The notes below the pieces were generated by a model that made no database searches, was not told the origin of the DNA, and was given only the letters and a program-made list of their open reading frames with translations. This document shows, one piece after another, positions 1-10,946 of a DNA stretch of 32,000 nt. The stretch is from Candidatus Saccharimonadota bacterium (GTDB lineage Bacteria; Patescibacteriota; Gracilibacteria; Absconditabacterales; Absconditicoccaceae): the NCBI GenBank assembly GCA_000503875.1, contig CP006913.1:480001-512000 (forward strand), read 5' to 3'. The position numbers and the translations under genes are program-made. Every line of letters starts with the position of its first letter. Position 1 is the first letter of the stretch.

Positions 1-401
1 ATTAAAATTTGTTTATAAATTTTCTTTGCGAAAATTTGCTTTTAAAATAATCCTCGTTATACTTTATACGAAAGAATGAATGTAAGGATATCGGAATATT
101 GTATATATACTACTAATTCCCTGATATTATCTACAAATAGGATGGCCACCCAAAACAAAAACAAAATCTAATACTATTTACCCCTTAGACAGTGGCGCCA
201 ACATTTTATTTCCCTGGATATTATTCATAATTACGTATTATGTATGTGGTCAAAATCTGATTATCTCCACCAGTGAGATAGGCATCGCTTGCAACACATT
301 GCTTTCATGTAAAATTTGTTATCTGCACGGTAATCCAAACCCAAGGATTAAGAAAGTGTATCAGTATCTGGTACCACCACAAGACATCAAATTTTCTATT
401 A

Positions 402-434
402 GACCGTAGCGTTATTGGACCTACGGTCTTTTTT
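402..434 (+). terminator. Rho-independent terminator-like hairpin
   Basis: GACCGTAG (402-409) pairs with CTACGGTC (421-428) and is followed by T6 (429-434). It closes a ~400-bp stretch with no convincing ORF. Confidence 0.7.
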
Positions 435-501
435 GTTGATTTGAAAAGAAAAATAGATAAATAGAACATAGCCACTATTTATATACCTAACCAATGTAAA
501 A

Positions 502-945
502 ATGTGTATATTTTGCAAAATTATTTCAGGAGAAATACCGTCTTACAAGATATGGGAAAACGATAAATTTATAGCAATTCTCGATATTTTTCCAAATTGT
601 AAGGGACAAACATTATTGATTCCCAAAAAACATTATGAATCAGATTTATTTAATATTCATGACAAAGAACTCTATAAAGATGTTATTCTTGCTACTGATG
701 ATGTAGTCCAACTTCTAAAAGCAAAACTTAACGTACAGAGAGTAGGAATGATTATGGAAGGAATGGGTGTAAATCATCTCCATATCAAACTTTATCCTAT
801 GCATGGAATAGAAGAAGACTGGAAACAAAATATTTGATGAGAACAAGTATTTTTCGAAGAATATCCAGGATATCTCACGACAGAAATAGGTGAACAAGCC
901 GACTTCCAAGATCTAGCCAATATCCAAAGACAAATAAAAGAGTAG
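502..945 (+). CDS. HIT-family (histidine triad) hydrolase, 147 aa
   Basis: ATG at 502. N-terminus is MCIFCKIISGEIPSYKIWEND, with an NHLHIKLYP triad-like motif. The standard-code ORF ends at tandem TGAs (835-840), but the frame continues to TAG 943-945. Confidence 0.8.
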
Positions 946-1009
946 TTGACTTTTATGTATAAATGGTTATATATTGGTTTGTTCTATGTTTTATATATAA
1001 TAGATAAAA

Positions 1010-1783
1010 ATGACCGTAGAAACCATTTCTATCAACGAACAAATGCAAATAGAAACGAAAGAATCTAAAGATTCTACTTTTTGGAAAAATGAAATAATAA
1101 AGTATATAGAAAAAGCAAAAATAGATACCCACAAACGAAAACCAACGTTAGAAAAAGAAGATGATATATTAAATGATATTCGAAAAAATATTCAGAATTT
1201 AGCAATGCAAGCAAAAAGTTATTATATCCATAAAAAGAATACTCAGAAAATAAAATTTGAAGTTGGAAAAAGAGATTTTCCAGAAAAATTTAGAGAAAAA
1301 GTTATAAAAAAACTCAATAAAAAACTTTTCCAAATAAACGCTGAAGATATTAAAAATGAATTAGAAAGAGCATATCAAAAAGAGCATCAAAAAGAAATAC
1401 ACCAGTACCAAAGTATAGAAGAAAAATGGAGAAGATTAGAACAAATGTGTATCCGATGAAGCAAAAAAAGAGCGATAAGAACGTTAGTAAATGGAAGTCT
1501 TTTTAAAAATTTAATAAATCAACCAGAAAACAATCGTTTCACCTATACAACAAAAACAAGCAAAAAGCTTTATGATGTTGTAGTATTAGGTAAAGAAACA
1601 GTAAATGATAAAACTATATATCAGCTAGAAATGGCAGAGGGAAAACCATTAAAATTTGCTGTATCAATGGATAAAAATCAAGAGGAGCACTTCTTTCAAA
1701 CAAGCAAAAATACCTCAACAATAGAATGATTACAAGAAATAGAAGACACTATATACAATTTCCTCAACAAGATCCCTTGATAA
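1010..1783 (+). CDS. Hypothetical Lys/Glu-rich protein, 257 aa
   Basis: Open frame from ATG 1010 through in-frame TGAs (e.g. 1457-1459, 1778-1780) to TAA 1781-1783. A terminator follows immediately. No recognisable motif. Confidence 0.6.
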
Positions 1784-1799
1784 GTAAGGGATTTTTTTT
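1772..1799 (+). terminator. Rho-independent terminator
   Basis: ATCCCTT (1772-1778) pairs with AAGGGAT (1786-1792), followed by a T-run (1793-1799). It overlaps the stop codon of the 1010..1783 CDS. Confidence 0.75.
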
Positions 1800-1831
1800 A
1801 TAAAACGGATAATTTACTATCAATAAAATAT

Positions 1832-2437
1832 ATGAAACACTACGTTGTACGAGAGGGAAAAACCCCTTGAATTTATGATTCACGAGATAATTGTTTACCC
1901 AATGTTTCTTGATTTTCTGGTGCAAAATACAAATCATTTAAGACCAAACAAGAAGCAGAAATAGCATACAAAAAACCGTATACAGAATATTACGAAACCA
2001 AAGAGAAAAAAAACTGGAAAACAGGTGATTTTCCTTTTGAAAAAAATAGTATTGCAGTTGATGCTGCTTGTAGCGGAAACCCTGGTGAAGTTGAATACCA
2101 AGGAGTTGACCTCATCACAGGAAAAACACTTTTTCACAAAAAATATCCTTTGGGAACCAATAATATAGGGGAATTTTTGGCTTTGGTTGAGGGTCTTAAA
2201 TATTTACATAACATTAAATCTGATCAATATCTTTATTCAGACTCCAAACACGCTATCAGTCGAATTTCACAAAAGAAATGCAAAACAAAATTAGAGAAAC
2301 TCCCATGAACAGAGAGGATTTTTGTGGCAGTACAAGAAGCAGAGGAGCGACTCCGTCAAACTAATCCCTCCACAAAAATCCTCAAACGACATACCGATGA
2401 ACGAGGTGAAATTCCCGCTGATTTCTGAAGAAAATAA
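1832..2437 (+). CDS. RNase H1-type hybrid-binding domain fused to an RNase H-like domain (viroplasmin/RNaseH family), 201 aa
   Basis: After recoding, the N-terminus reads YVVWEGKTPGIYDSWDNC...GFSGAKYKSFKTKQEAE (HBD/Cauli_VI-like). The core has AVDAACSGNPG and NNIGEFLALVEGL. The C-terminus reads ILKWHTDEWGEIPADFGRK. It contains 4 in-frame TGA and 5 CGA codons. Confidence 0.85.
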
Positions 2438-2518
2438 AAATAAATTATTAAAATAATAAATATCATTGATTTTATTGATAAAATATATATAATAATAAAA
2501 ACAACTAAAATAAAAGAA

Positions 2519-2647
2519 ATGAACGAAAAAATTAGATTAATTCCTGAACTTTCAATAGAAATTCCTTTAGGAATGAGCGACGAAGAAGCAATTGGAAGAA
2601 CTGTATGTAGTCCTGGAGGACTTGTAAGGTTTTATGATCCTTTTTAA
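2519..2647 (+). CDS. Small stand-alone ORF, 42 aa (MNEKIRLIPELSIEIPLGMSDEEAIGRTVCSPGGLVRFYDPF)
   Basis: ATG 2519 to TAA 2645-2647. It sits behind an AT-rich promoter-like stretch and ahead of a strong terminator. No homology recognised. Confidence 0.3.
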   Translation: MNEKIRLIPELSIEIPLGMSDEEAIGRTVCSPGGLVRFYDPF

Positions 2648-2666
2648 CAAGGTATCAAATTTAATT

Positions 2667-2695
2667 AACGGGAAGAATACTTTCCCGTTTTTTTT
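2667..2695 (+). terminator. Rho-independent terminator
   Basis: AACGGGAA (2667-2674) pairs with TTCCCGTT (2682-2689), followed by a T-run. Confidence 0.8.
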
Positions 2696-2727
2696 GTAAG
2701 AAAAAAATCCCTAGCAATCTCACAACA

Positions 2728-2775
2728 AATCCTTATATACAGATCAATCAAAGTTGATAAGGATTTTTCTTTTTC
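2728..2775 (+). terminator. Second terminator-like compound hairpin
   Basis: AATCCTTAT (2728-2736) pairs with ATAAGGATT (2757-2765) around an inner ATCAA/TTGAT stem. TTTTTCTTTTT follows. Confidence 0.45.
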
Positions 2776-2908
2776 TCACAAAACGGAGAACACATGCCTT
2801 GTCTGGCTTTGACTCGCGTTTTCTATATTTTCTCTCGAAATAGGAAGTCTTTAATTTTTTTTTCGTGGTATAAAAAGTAGAAACCATTTTTATAATGTAT
2901 TTTTTCGT

Positions 2909-4669
2909 ATGACTGAAATTACTTTCAAAGACTTAGGGCTGTCTTCAAGAGCTCTAGAATGATTAGAAAAAAAATGATTTAAAATTCCTTCTCCTATCCA
3001 AGCCGAGGTTATTCCTTTGTTGATTGCCAACAAAAAGAATATTATAGGACAAGCTGCTACAGGAACAGGTAAAACAGCTGCTTTTTGATTACCTTTAATT
3101 GAAAATCTTAAGCACGAAAATCACATTCAAGCACTTATTTTGGTACCAACAAGAGAATTAGCCGTACAAGTTGCTGAAGAAATAAATTCATTACAGTATC
3201 CAAAGAACCTAAGTATTGTTGCTATTTACGGAGGACAATCTTATGAAATTCAAAATAGAGCTCTCAAAAAGGGAATAGATATCGTAGTAGGTACACCAGG
3301 AAGAGTTATGGATCATCTCAATAGAAGAACATTAAAAATAGAAGAGATCAAATATTTCATTCTTGATGAAGCGGATGAAATGCTCAATATGGGATTTATT
3401 GACGATATTGAAACAATTTTCAAACAAACAAATCCAGATAAAAGAGTATTGTTGTTTTCTGCAACTATGCCAAGAGAAATTCTTTCTGTTGCAAAAAAAT
3501 ACATGGGAGAATATGATCTTGTAGCCATCAAAAAAAATGAAAACATAACTGCCCTTACCGAACAATTCTATATTCAAATCAGTGAAAGAGATAAGTTAGA
3601 AGCACTATGTAGAATTATGGATAAAGAAGATGATTTTTATGGAATAGTGTTTTGTAAAACAAAATTGGACGTAGACCATGTTTTTGCTAGACTTCATGAA
3701 AAAGGATACAGTACCCAAGCACTTCATGGTGATGTACAACAAAAGCAAAGAGAAAATATCCTTAAATTATTTAAAACTAAAAAAACCAAAATTCTGGTAG
3801 CAACCGACGTTGCGGCTAGAGGAATCGACGTAAACGATATTTCTCACGTTATCAATTTTGGATTACCACAAGATCCAGAAAGTTATGTGCATAGAATTGG
3901 AAGAACAGGAAGAGCGGGAAAGACAGGAACTGCAATTACTTTCGTAACGCCTAGCGAATATAGAAAATTCGTATTTTTCCAAAAAGCGACAAATAATACC
4001 GTAAAAAAGATAGAAATCCCTGCAATAGCCCACGTTATTGAAACAAAAAAGAAGAAATTAAAAGCAAATATAACAGAAATGTTGGAAAAAGGGGCTCATG
4101 AAAAATATCTAACTATAGCTCAAGAGCTTTTACAAGAAAGAGAAGCTGATCATGTGCTTGCTGCATTATTGAGAATAGCTTATTCAAACGAATTTAACGA
4201 AGAACATTATACTACTATAGAAAAAACTTCTTCATCAGTAAATACTCCTGGAGAAGGAAAAGCAAGAATATTTATCGCTTTAGGAAAAACAGCTGGATAT
4301 TATCCAAAAACTATGGTAGATTTTATTACCGAAGAAACAGGTGTCCCTTCAAGAGAAATCGATGACGTAAGAGTTTTAGAAGATTTTTCATTTATCACCG
4401 TACCTGAATATCAATCTGAAGTAGTAATTAAAACGCTAAAAGGAACAGCAAGCAGAGCCAAAGACGATAAAGGTAGCTGAAGTGGAGATAGATGAGGAAG
4501 AGGATGATTTAGAGGTTGAAGCAGAGGAGGAGATAGATGAGGAGACAGAGGATGATTTAGAGGTTGAAGCAGAGGAGGAGATAGATGATGATTTAGAGGT
4601 TGAAGTAGATGAGGAGATAAAAGACCAGAAAGAAGTTGAAGAACATTTGAAAAAGGACCAAGAAAATAA
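2909..4669 (+). CDS. DEAD-box ATP-dependent RNA helicase (CshA/DeaD-like) with DbpA-type RNA-binding domain and C-terminal RGG tail, 586 aa
   Basis: Motifs found: [19 protein letters not shown] (the G of FGLP is TGA 3086-3088), [23 protein letters not shown]. The track ORF 3140..4480 is the central fragment. The frame runs through 12 further TGAs to TAA 4667-4669. Confidence 0.95.
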
Positions 4670-4815
4670 AAATCATATAAATAATAAATTAAATTATAAG
4701 CGCTAAGAGCTAAATTTTCTCTTGAAAGGAAAAGCTAAATAATTACATTTCATTGAGTCTATGACATTTTTAACGGAACGCCTATACTATAGGCTCTAGT
4801 TTAAGTATATTATTA

Positions 4816-5517
4816 ATGCATTATCCAAAACATGTAGCTGTTATTCCTGATGGGAACAGAACTCGAGCCAAAGAGAACAATGTAAGTATTCCTGAAGCAT
4901 ATTGGGTATCTTACCAAAAAGGAGTTGATATGTTAGAATATACATTTACAAACACTGATGTTAGTGTTTTTACTCTACGAGGATTAAGTACAGAAAACAC
5001 AGCAAAAAGACCACAAGAAGAATATGATTTCCTTATGAATATGTATAAACAAGTAGATAGTAAATTAGATGAAATCTTAGAAAAAAATCAGATTAATTTT
5101 ATGCGAATAGGAAATCCAGCATGAGTTACTGACGGATTCAAGAATTATCTCAATGAAAAAAAAACAAGATTTAGCTATCCAACAAATAAACGATTTGTAT
5201 TTGCTATAAATTACGGGTGAAGAGATGAGATAACAAGAGGAATTCAAAAATTAGCTCAACAAGGTATGGATTTGAGTAATGTTACCGAAGAAGATATTAC
5301 TGCTGCACTAGATTTGGGGCATATACCTCCTATTGAACTAGTAATTAGAACAAAATGAGATCAAGCTCAAAGAACATCTGGATTTATGTCTTGGTGGATT
5401 GGATATGCAGAATTATATTTTACTGCAAAAAGATGTCCAGAATTAGATATTCCAACATTTAAAGAAGCTCTTGCTTGGTTTGATACTATGGCAGAAAAAC
5501 GTAATTTCGGAAAATAA
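4816..5517 (+). CDS. uppS: Undecaprenyl-diphosphate synthase (cis-prenyltransferase), 233 aa
   Basis: HVAVIPDGNRT[CGA]AK matches the DGNxRWA motif. Also LSTEN, AINYGGRDEI (G is TGA 5218-5220) and RTSGFMSWWIGYAELYF. Confidence 0.9.
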
Positions 5518-5544
5518 TCTTTTATTCTATTATTCTACACGCTC

Positions 5545-6687
5545 ATGAAAATCAGTATCGAGACTGCAAAATTAATTGATGTAATAGATATTTCTAGTAG
5601 ATTCGTTGCCAAAAATGCAACATTACCTATCCTACAAAATATATATCTCAAAGCATCTATTGATAATATCATTATCAGAGCTACTGATATGGAAAAATAT
5701 GTAGAAATAGAACTTCCTTGTAAAGTAAGTCTTGAAGGAGCAGTAACCGTAAATGCAAGAACATTTTTAGATATTATAAAAAGCATTGAAGACCAACATA
5801 TCGAGATCAGTGCTGATCAAAAAACACAAGTAGTTACCATAAAAGGAGCAAAAGATACATTTGATATTAATTGAATTTCTGCTAGCGAATATGTAGCATT
5901 ACCTGAAGTTCCAAGAGAACATACAGTATCTTTAGATACACAAACTTTTGCTCAAGGTGTAGAAAAAGTAGAATATGCAGTAACAGAAAAGAATTTTAGT
6001 CCAGTATTAACCTGAGTATTGATCAAATCAAAAAAAGAAGATGATGGTTCTAAATTAATTTTTGTTGGTACTGATTCATTTAGATTGTCTGAATACAAAA
6101 CCAAAAATACTATTGAAAATGAATTTTCTCTTATCGTTCCAAAATTATCTATCAACGATATACAAAGAATCACAGAATACGGTATCAGTAAAGAATGTGA
6201 TACAATGAAAATATTTTATTCTGAAAATCTAATAGCATTTGAATTTACTATCAACGATATCAAAATTATCGCAACTTCATTACTTATTCAAGGTAATTTT
6301 CCAGAATATGATAGAGAAGAAATTATGCCAAAACAATTTAACACAAAGATTTTGGTAGATAAAGCTATTTGTGAAAAAGCTATCAAAAAAATTGGAATTT
6401 TGACAAAAGATATCAACAATTTTATCCAAATAGAAAGTAACAAAGATAGCATTATTATTTCTTCTGGTAAAACAGATAAAGGAGCTGGAAATACAAGCAT
6501 ACCTGCAATTATAGAAGGAGAAGCTGTTTCTTTCGGTATCAATGGAAGATATATTACTGATTTCATCAGAATCATGAAAGAAGATGAACTACTTTTCCAA
6601 ATCGTTGACGGACAAAAACCATTGGTAATAGGTGAAAAGAGCGAAAAAAATTACAAATATGTTATAAGACCTCTCATCAATAACTAA
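5545..6687 (+). CDS. dnaN: DNA polymerase III beta sliding clamp, 380 aa
   Basis: The two track fragments (5545..5874 and 6019..6687) are in the same frame, joined across TGAs. Typical clamp N-terminus (LPILQNIYLKA...IRATDME) and middle (VGTDSFRLSEY). Confidence 0.9.
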
Positions 6688-6708
6688 TTTTATTTTTTGA
6701 AAGCTTAT

Positions 6709-7326
6709 ATGAAAAAAAAATGATTCACTTTGCTAGAACTTATTATGGTAATAGGAATCATTTTGGTACTTATAGTAAGCTTTAGAAATATTTTCGAAAA
6801 TAATAATAAAGATTTTTTATATGCAGAAACATGTATAAATAAAGTTCATGGAGATATGAATAATTTTATCTATTCTGCAATGACAAGTAGAGGATTATAT
6901 ATTACAACAGGCACAATATTTCCTTTACAATATACTATTTCCATTTTACCTGACAAAGAAATTCACCTACGATATAAAGATCAAAATAATAATACATGAA
7001 CATATATAAGACATGATCTTTCTTCAACAGGAACATTGAGCCAATCATACTGTAGAACAAATAATTATACCACAAAACTTAGTTGAAGTGCTTTTAATAT
7101 AACGATAAATAAAGCATCTCTGCAAGATCAGACACTACCTACATTTACCATAAATGATGGTCAAGAAATATTCACAAAAACTACAGAAATGTATCTTTGT
7201 TATACAGGAAATCTTTGCAAAGAGATAGCTAATTTTATAACCGATATTAGAACACAAACTATCAAAAAAAAGAAATGTATTCTGATAAATAAAGAATGAG
7301 CAAATTGTTTACAACGAGATCAATAA
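6709..7326 (+). CDS. Type IV pilin / pseudopilin-like protein with prepilin N-terminal cleavage-methylation motif, 205 aa
   Basis: The N-terminus MKKKGFTLLELIMVIGIILVL is the class III signal (G|FTLLE). The cleavage-site Gly is TGA 6721-6723. The C-terminal part has Cys pairs. Confidence 0.8.
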
Positions 7327-7329
7327 GAC

Positions 7330-8154
7330 ATGAAACAATCAGACTTATTGTTATATGAAATTATGAATTATCCTATTCCTAAGCATTGGGAATATTTTAG
7401 TACAGAAAAAAAACAAGATTTTAAAAGCGATACAGATCAAAAATTTTCTCGAGATCATGAAAATCCTTTATTGGAAGAATATCGTATCCATATCAAAAAA
7501 CATCAAAAGATTTTTCAGTCACTGCCTTGGATAAAAAGCATCTATCTATGTAACTCAATTAGTTTCAATTCACTTCATCCGTGATCAGACATAGATCTAT
7601 TTATTATAACTCAAAAAAAATGTTTACGACGTGCAAGATTAGCTAGTGCCATAATATTTTTTGTATTAGGACTCAAAAGAAGTAAAGGGAATACCAATAA
7701 AAAATATTGCTTAAGTTTTTATATAACTGAAGAAGCACAAAATTTATATACAATAAGCTTGGAAAACACAGATATTTATCTTGCTTATCGGTTAGCTCAT
7801 CTTGTACCTATTTATCAAGATACTATTGAGAAAAAAACTATCTATGAACAAAATCAACGATTGTTTTCATTATTACCAAATCTTCCAAAAGATCATCATA
7901 GTATAAATTTAGGCCTACCTATTTATCATGGGAATACAAAAATAAAAACAATAATAGAAAAATATATAGGGTGAGTGATTTGACATATTGTAGAATATAT
8001 GATAAAAACATTACGAGTACCAATACTTATATATAAGATCAAAAAACTAAAAGAAATCTGAAAAGATATAATTTTTAGCAATACTATGTTAAAATTCTAT
8101 CACGATAAGAGAAAAAAAATTTCTTTACTCTATAGATCAAGATTTACTAAGTAA
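7330..8154 (+). CDS. Nucleotidyltransferase-fold protein of unknown function, 274 aa
   Basis: Track fragments 7330..7584 and 7759..7974 share a frame. The GSDIDLFII motif (G is TGA) is typical of Pol-beta-type NTases. Ends at TAA 8152-8154. Confidence 0.6.
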
Positions 8155-8222
8155 GACCTAGCTAAATCTACTGATAACTAAAAGTTATATACCACAAAAA
8201 CAATAGATAACCTTTGTATATC

Positions 8223-8251
8223 ACAATTCTACAAAATAGAATTGTTTTTTC
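8223..8251 (+). terminator. Rho-independent terminator
   Basis: ACAATTCT (8223-8230) pairs with AGAATTGT (8238-8245), followed by a T-run. Confidence 0.75.
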
Positions 8252-8370
8252 TTTTTACATTAATACACCTGAAAACGAAACAATTTTTCTACCTACAAAA
8301 AGCAGATTGTGAGTAGAGCGCGTGTACACGTTATATATTTAATTTTATTTTTTAAGAACCTGATAAAGAT

Positions 8371-9546
8371 ATGAGAAACATCAAAGCTGTGTTTGATATC
8401 GGGAACGATAGCATAAAAGCAATTGTTATTGGAAACGATGAAGGAAAAGAAATCGTTCTTGCAAAACAAATAGAACAAACACAAGGACTTCGCAAAGGTA
8501 AGATCCTAGACTCAGAATGATTTACAGCCACTATAAACAAAATATTAGAAAATTTTGTAAAAAAATTATGAGGCGATTTTATTGAAGAACTTTTTGTTAG
8601 CATCTCTCACCCTGAACTTATTATCAATAGAGTAGTAGAACAAAAAAGAGTTATGAGAGATGAAATTAGCGAAGAAGATGTAGATCACTTATCAAGAGTT
8701 ATCACAGAAATTTCTCACAAAAGTAACTACGAAACTATAAAGATCGTTCCTGTTCATCGAATCATAGATGAAACAAAAAGAGAAAAAGATCCTATAGGAA
8801 TGAAAGGTAAAAAATTAGAACTTGTTGCAGATGTATTCATGATTCCCAAAAATCTTTACAATGGACTTATAGATTCATTCGAAAGAATTGGTGTAAAAAT
8901 AACAGATATTATTCCAAATATTATCGCTGCCAGCGAAATAGCATTAGATTATGATCATAAAGATTTGGGAACAATTCTTATTGATATAGGAAAAAACCAA
9001 ACAAGTTATGTAATCTACGAAGATGGTTACGCATTGGGATATGGAGTAGTGCCTATGGGAGGTGAAGATGTTACCAAAGACATCTCTATAGGAATGCAAA
9101 TAGATATAAAAGAAGCTGAAAACATTAAGAAAACACATGGCTCTGCAATCGTATTCAAAGACAATATTAAAGATGATAGCGGCCTTGATATCTTATTCTT
9201 ATCAGATGTAATTAACGCTAGATATGAGGAAATATTCAATAAAATAAATAAGCATCTCCACCAATTAGACAAAGAAGGAAGATTAGCTGGATGAGTAATT
9301 CTTATTTGAGGAGGTTCAAAAGTAGGTAACATCGATATTCTAGCCAAAGATATCTTTAAGTTAGCAACCTTCTATGGTAAAGATAATGTGCTTAACCTTT
9401 GAGATATATCTACTAATCAATTATTTACAAATGTATTATGAGCTTATCTACGATCAAATAAATATACTGAATGAAGAAAAATGTCATTTAAGTTAAACTT
9501 TGATTTCATAGGAAGTATTACAAAGTTCTTCAAAGAATTATTCTAG
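8371..9546 (+). CDS. ftsA: Cell division protein FtsA, 391 aa
   Basis: Actin-fold motifs: AVFDIGNDSIKA, ILIDIGKNQTSY, VPMGGEDVTKDI, GGVILIGGGSKV. C-terminal amphipathic helix GSITKFFKELF. Lies immediately upstream of ftsZ. Confidence 0.9.
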
Positions 9547-9681
9547 AATAAGACGCCGAAACTTCCCAAGAAGTTTAACGTCGTTTCTATCCTTTGCGTA
9601 GTCAAAGGATAAATAATAAAAATAGCCAAACAAAAAATTTCATAGCAATTATACATTTTTAATTATTAATTATGTAAGAGA

Positions 9682-10830
9682 ATGGTTATACAAGAAATCA
9701 ATCCAGAATTTATTCCAGGAGCTAAAATTAAAATTTTAGGAGTAGGTGGATGTGGAAATAAAGCATTAGATAGAATGATAACTGAAGGTTTGGAATGAGT
9801 TGGTTTTGTAGCTATCAATACTGATGCTCAAGATTTAGCAAGAAGTCTTGCTGATACAAAAGTAAATATTGGACTTAACCTTACAAAAGGTCTTTGAGCA
9901 GGAGCAAATCCTGAAATAGGAAGAAAATCTGCTGAAGAAAGTGAAATGGAGGTTAAATCAGTACTTCAAGATACCGATATGGTATTTATTACTTGTGGAC
10001 TTTGAGGAGGAACAGGAACTGGAGCTGCTCCAGTAATTGCTACTATAGCAAAAAATATGGGAATTCTTACTGTAGGAATCGTAACCAAACCATTTAGTTT
10101 TGAAGGAAGAAAAAGAGAAGCAAACGCTGAAGAAGGACTAAAAAAGATGAAAGAATCAGTTGATACACTTATCGTTATTCCAAACGACAAAATTTTCACG
10201 GTTATCGATAAAAAAACAACATTCAAACAAGCTTTCACTATGATTGATAAAATCCTATTCTTAGGAGTTCAAGGAATATCTGATCTTATTGTAAAACCAG
10301 GAGATATTAATATCGATTTTGCAGATATCAAAGCAGTTATGACAGATTCTGGAAATGCATTATTGGGAATCGGTTACGGAGCTGGAGAAAAGAGAGCAGT
10401 AGATGCCGCAAGAAAAGCTATCGAAAATCCATTATTAGAAACAAATCTTGATGGAGCAAAAAAAATAATTTTTGCTGTTTCTGGAGGACATGACCTTACT
10501 CCTACGGAAGTAAGAGAAGCTGCAGCTGTTGTTGAAGAAATCATTGATCCTGAAGCTAATTTCTTCTGGGGAATGACTTTCGATGAAAGTATGGAAGATG
10601 AAGTAAAAGTAACTATTATAGCTACAGGTTTCGAAGAACAAAGTAGAGATCAAATACTCAAAACCCCAAAAAGAGATATGCTTGGAAGATCTATCAAAAG
10701 AGAATCAGAGAATTTTATTACAAGATTGACTAAACAAGAAGTAAACACAAACAATGAAGAAACTATTGATTTAGATGCAGAAGAAGATATAGAAACTCCA
10801 GCATTTATTAGAAGATCTTTAAATAAATAA
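9682..10830 (+). CDS. ftsZ: Cell division GTPase FtsZ, 382 aa
   Basis: Motifs: [31 protein letters not shown] (G is TGA 9895-9897) and the tubulin signature [10 protein letters not shown] (first G is TGA 10003-10005). C-terminal peptide [10 protein letters not shown]. Confidence 0.97.
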
Positions 10831-10852
10831 ATATAATTTTCATATAAGAAAA

Positions 10853-10882
10853 GTCTGGCTAAAAAAAAGAGTCAGATTTTTT
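10853..10882 (+). terminator. Terminator-like hairpin after ftsZ
   Basis: Imperfect stem TCTGGCT/AGTCAGA with an A-rich loop, then T6 (10877-10882). Confidence 0.5.
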
Positions 10883-10946
10883 CTTTTGTTTTTTCTTTCC
10901 ATTTTACTATATATCAGACGTTGTATTTTATATTATAGATCATAGT

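Noticed and set aside
264-272. TCTCCACCA resembling the 3' end of tmRNA or a tRNA.
   Set aside because: The 17 nt upstream cannot form a T-arm (no GGTTCGAAT-like loop or 5-bp stem). No matching 5' acceptor strand was found.
4482-4706. Track ORF encoding a poly-acidic peptide ([17 protein letters not shown]...).
   Set aside because: It is the +1-frame shadow of the helicase RGG tail. The helicase frame reads straight through it when TGA is Gly, giving a well-known tail type.
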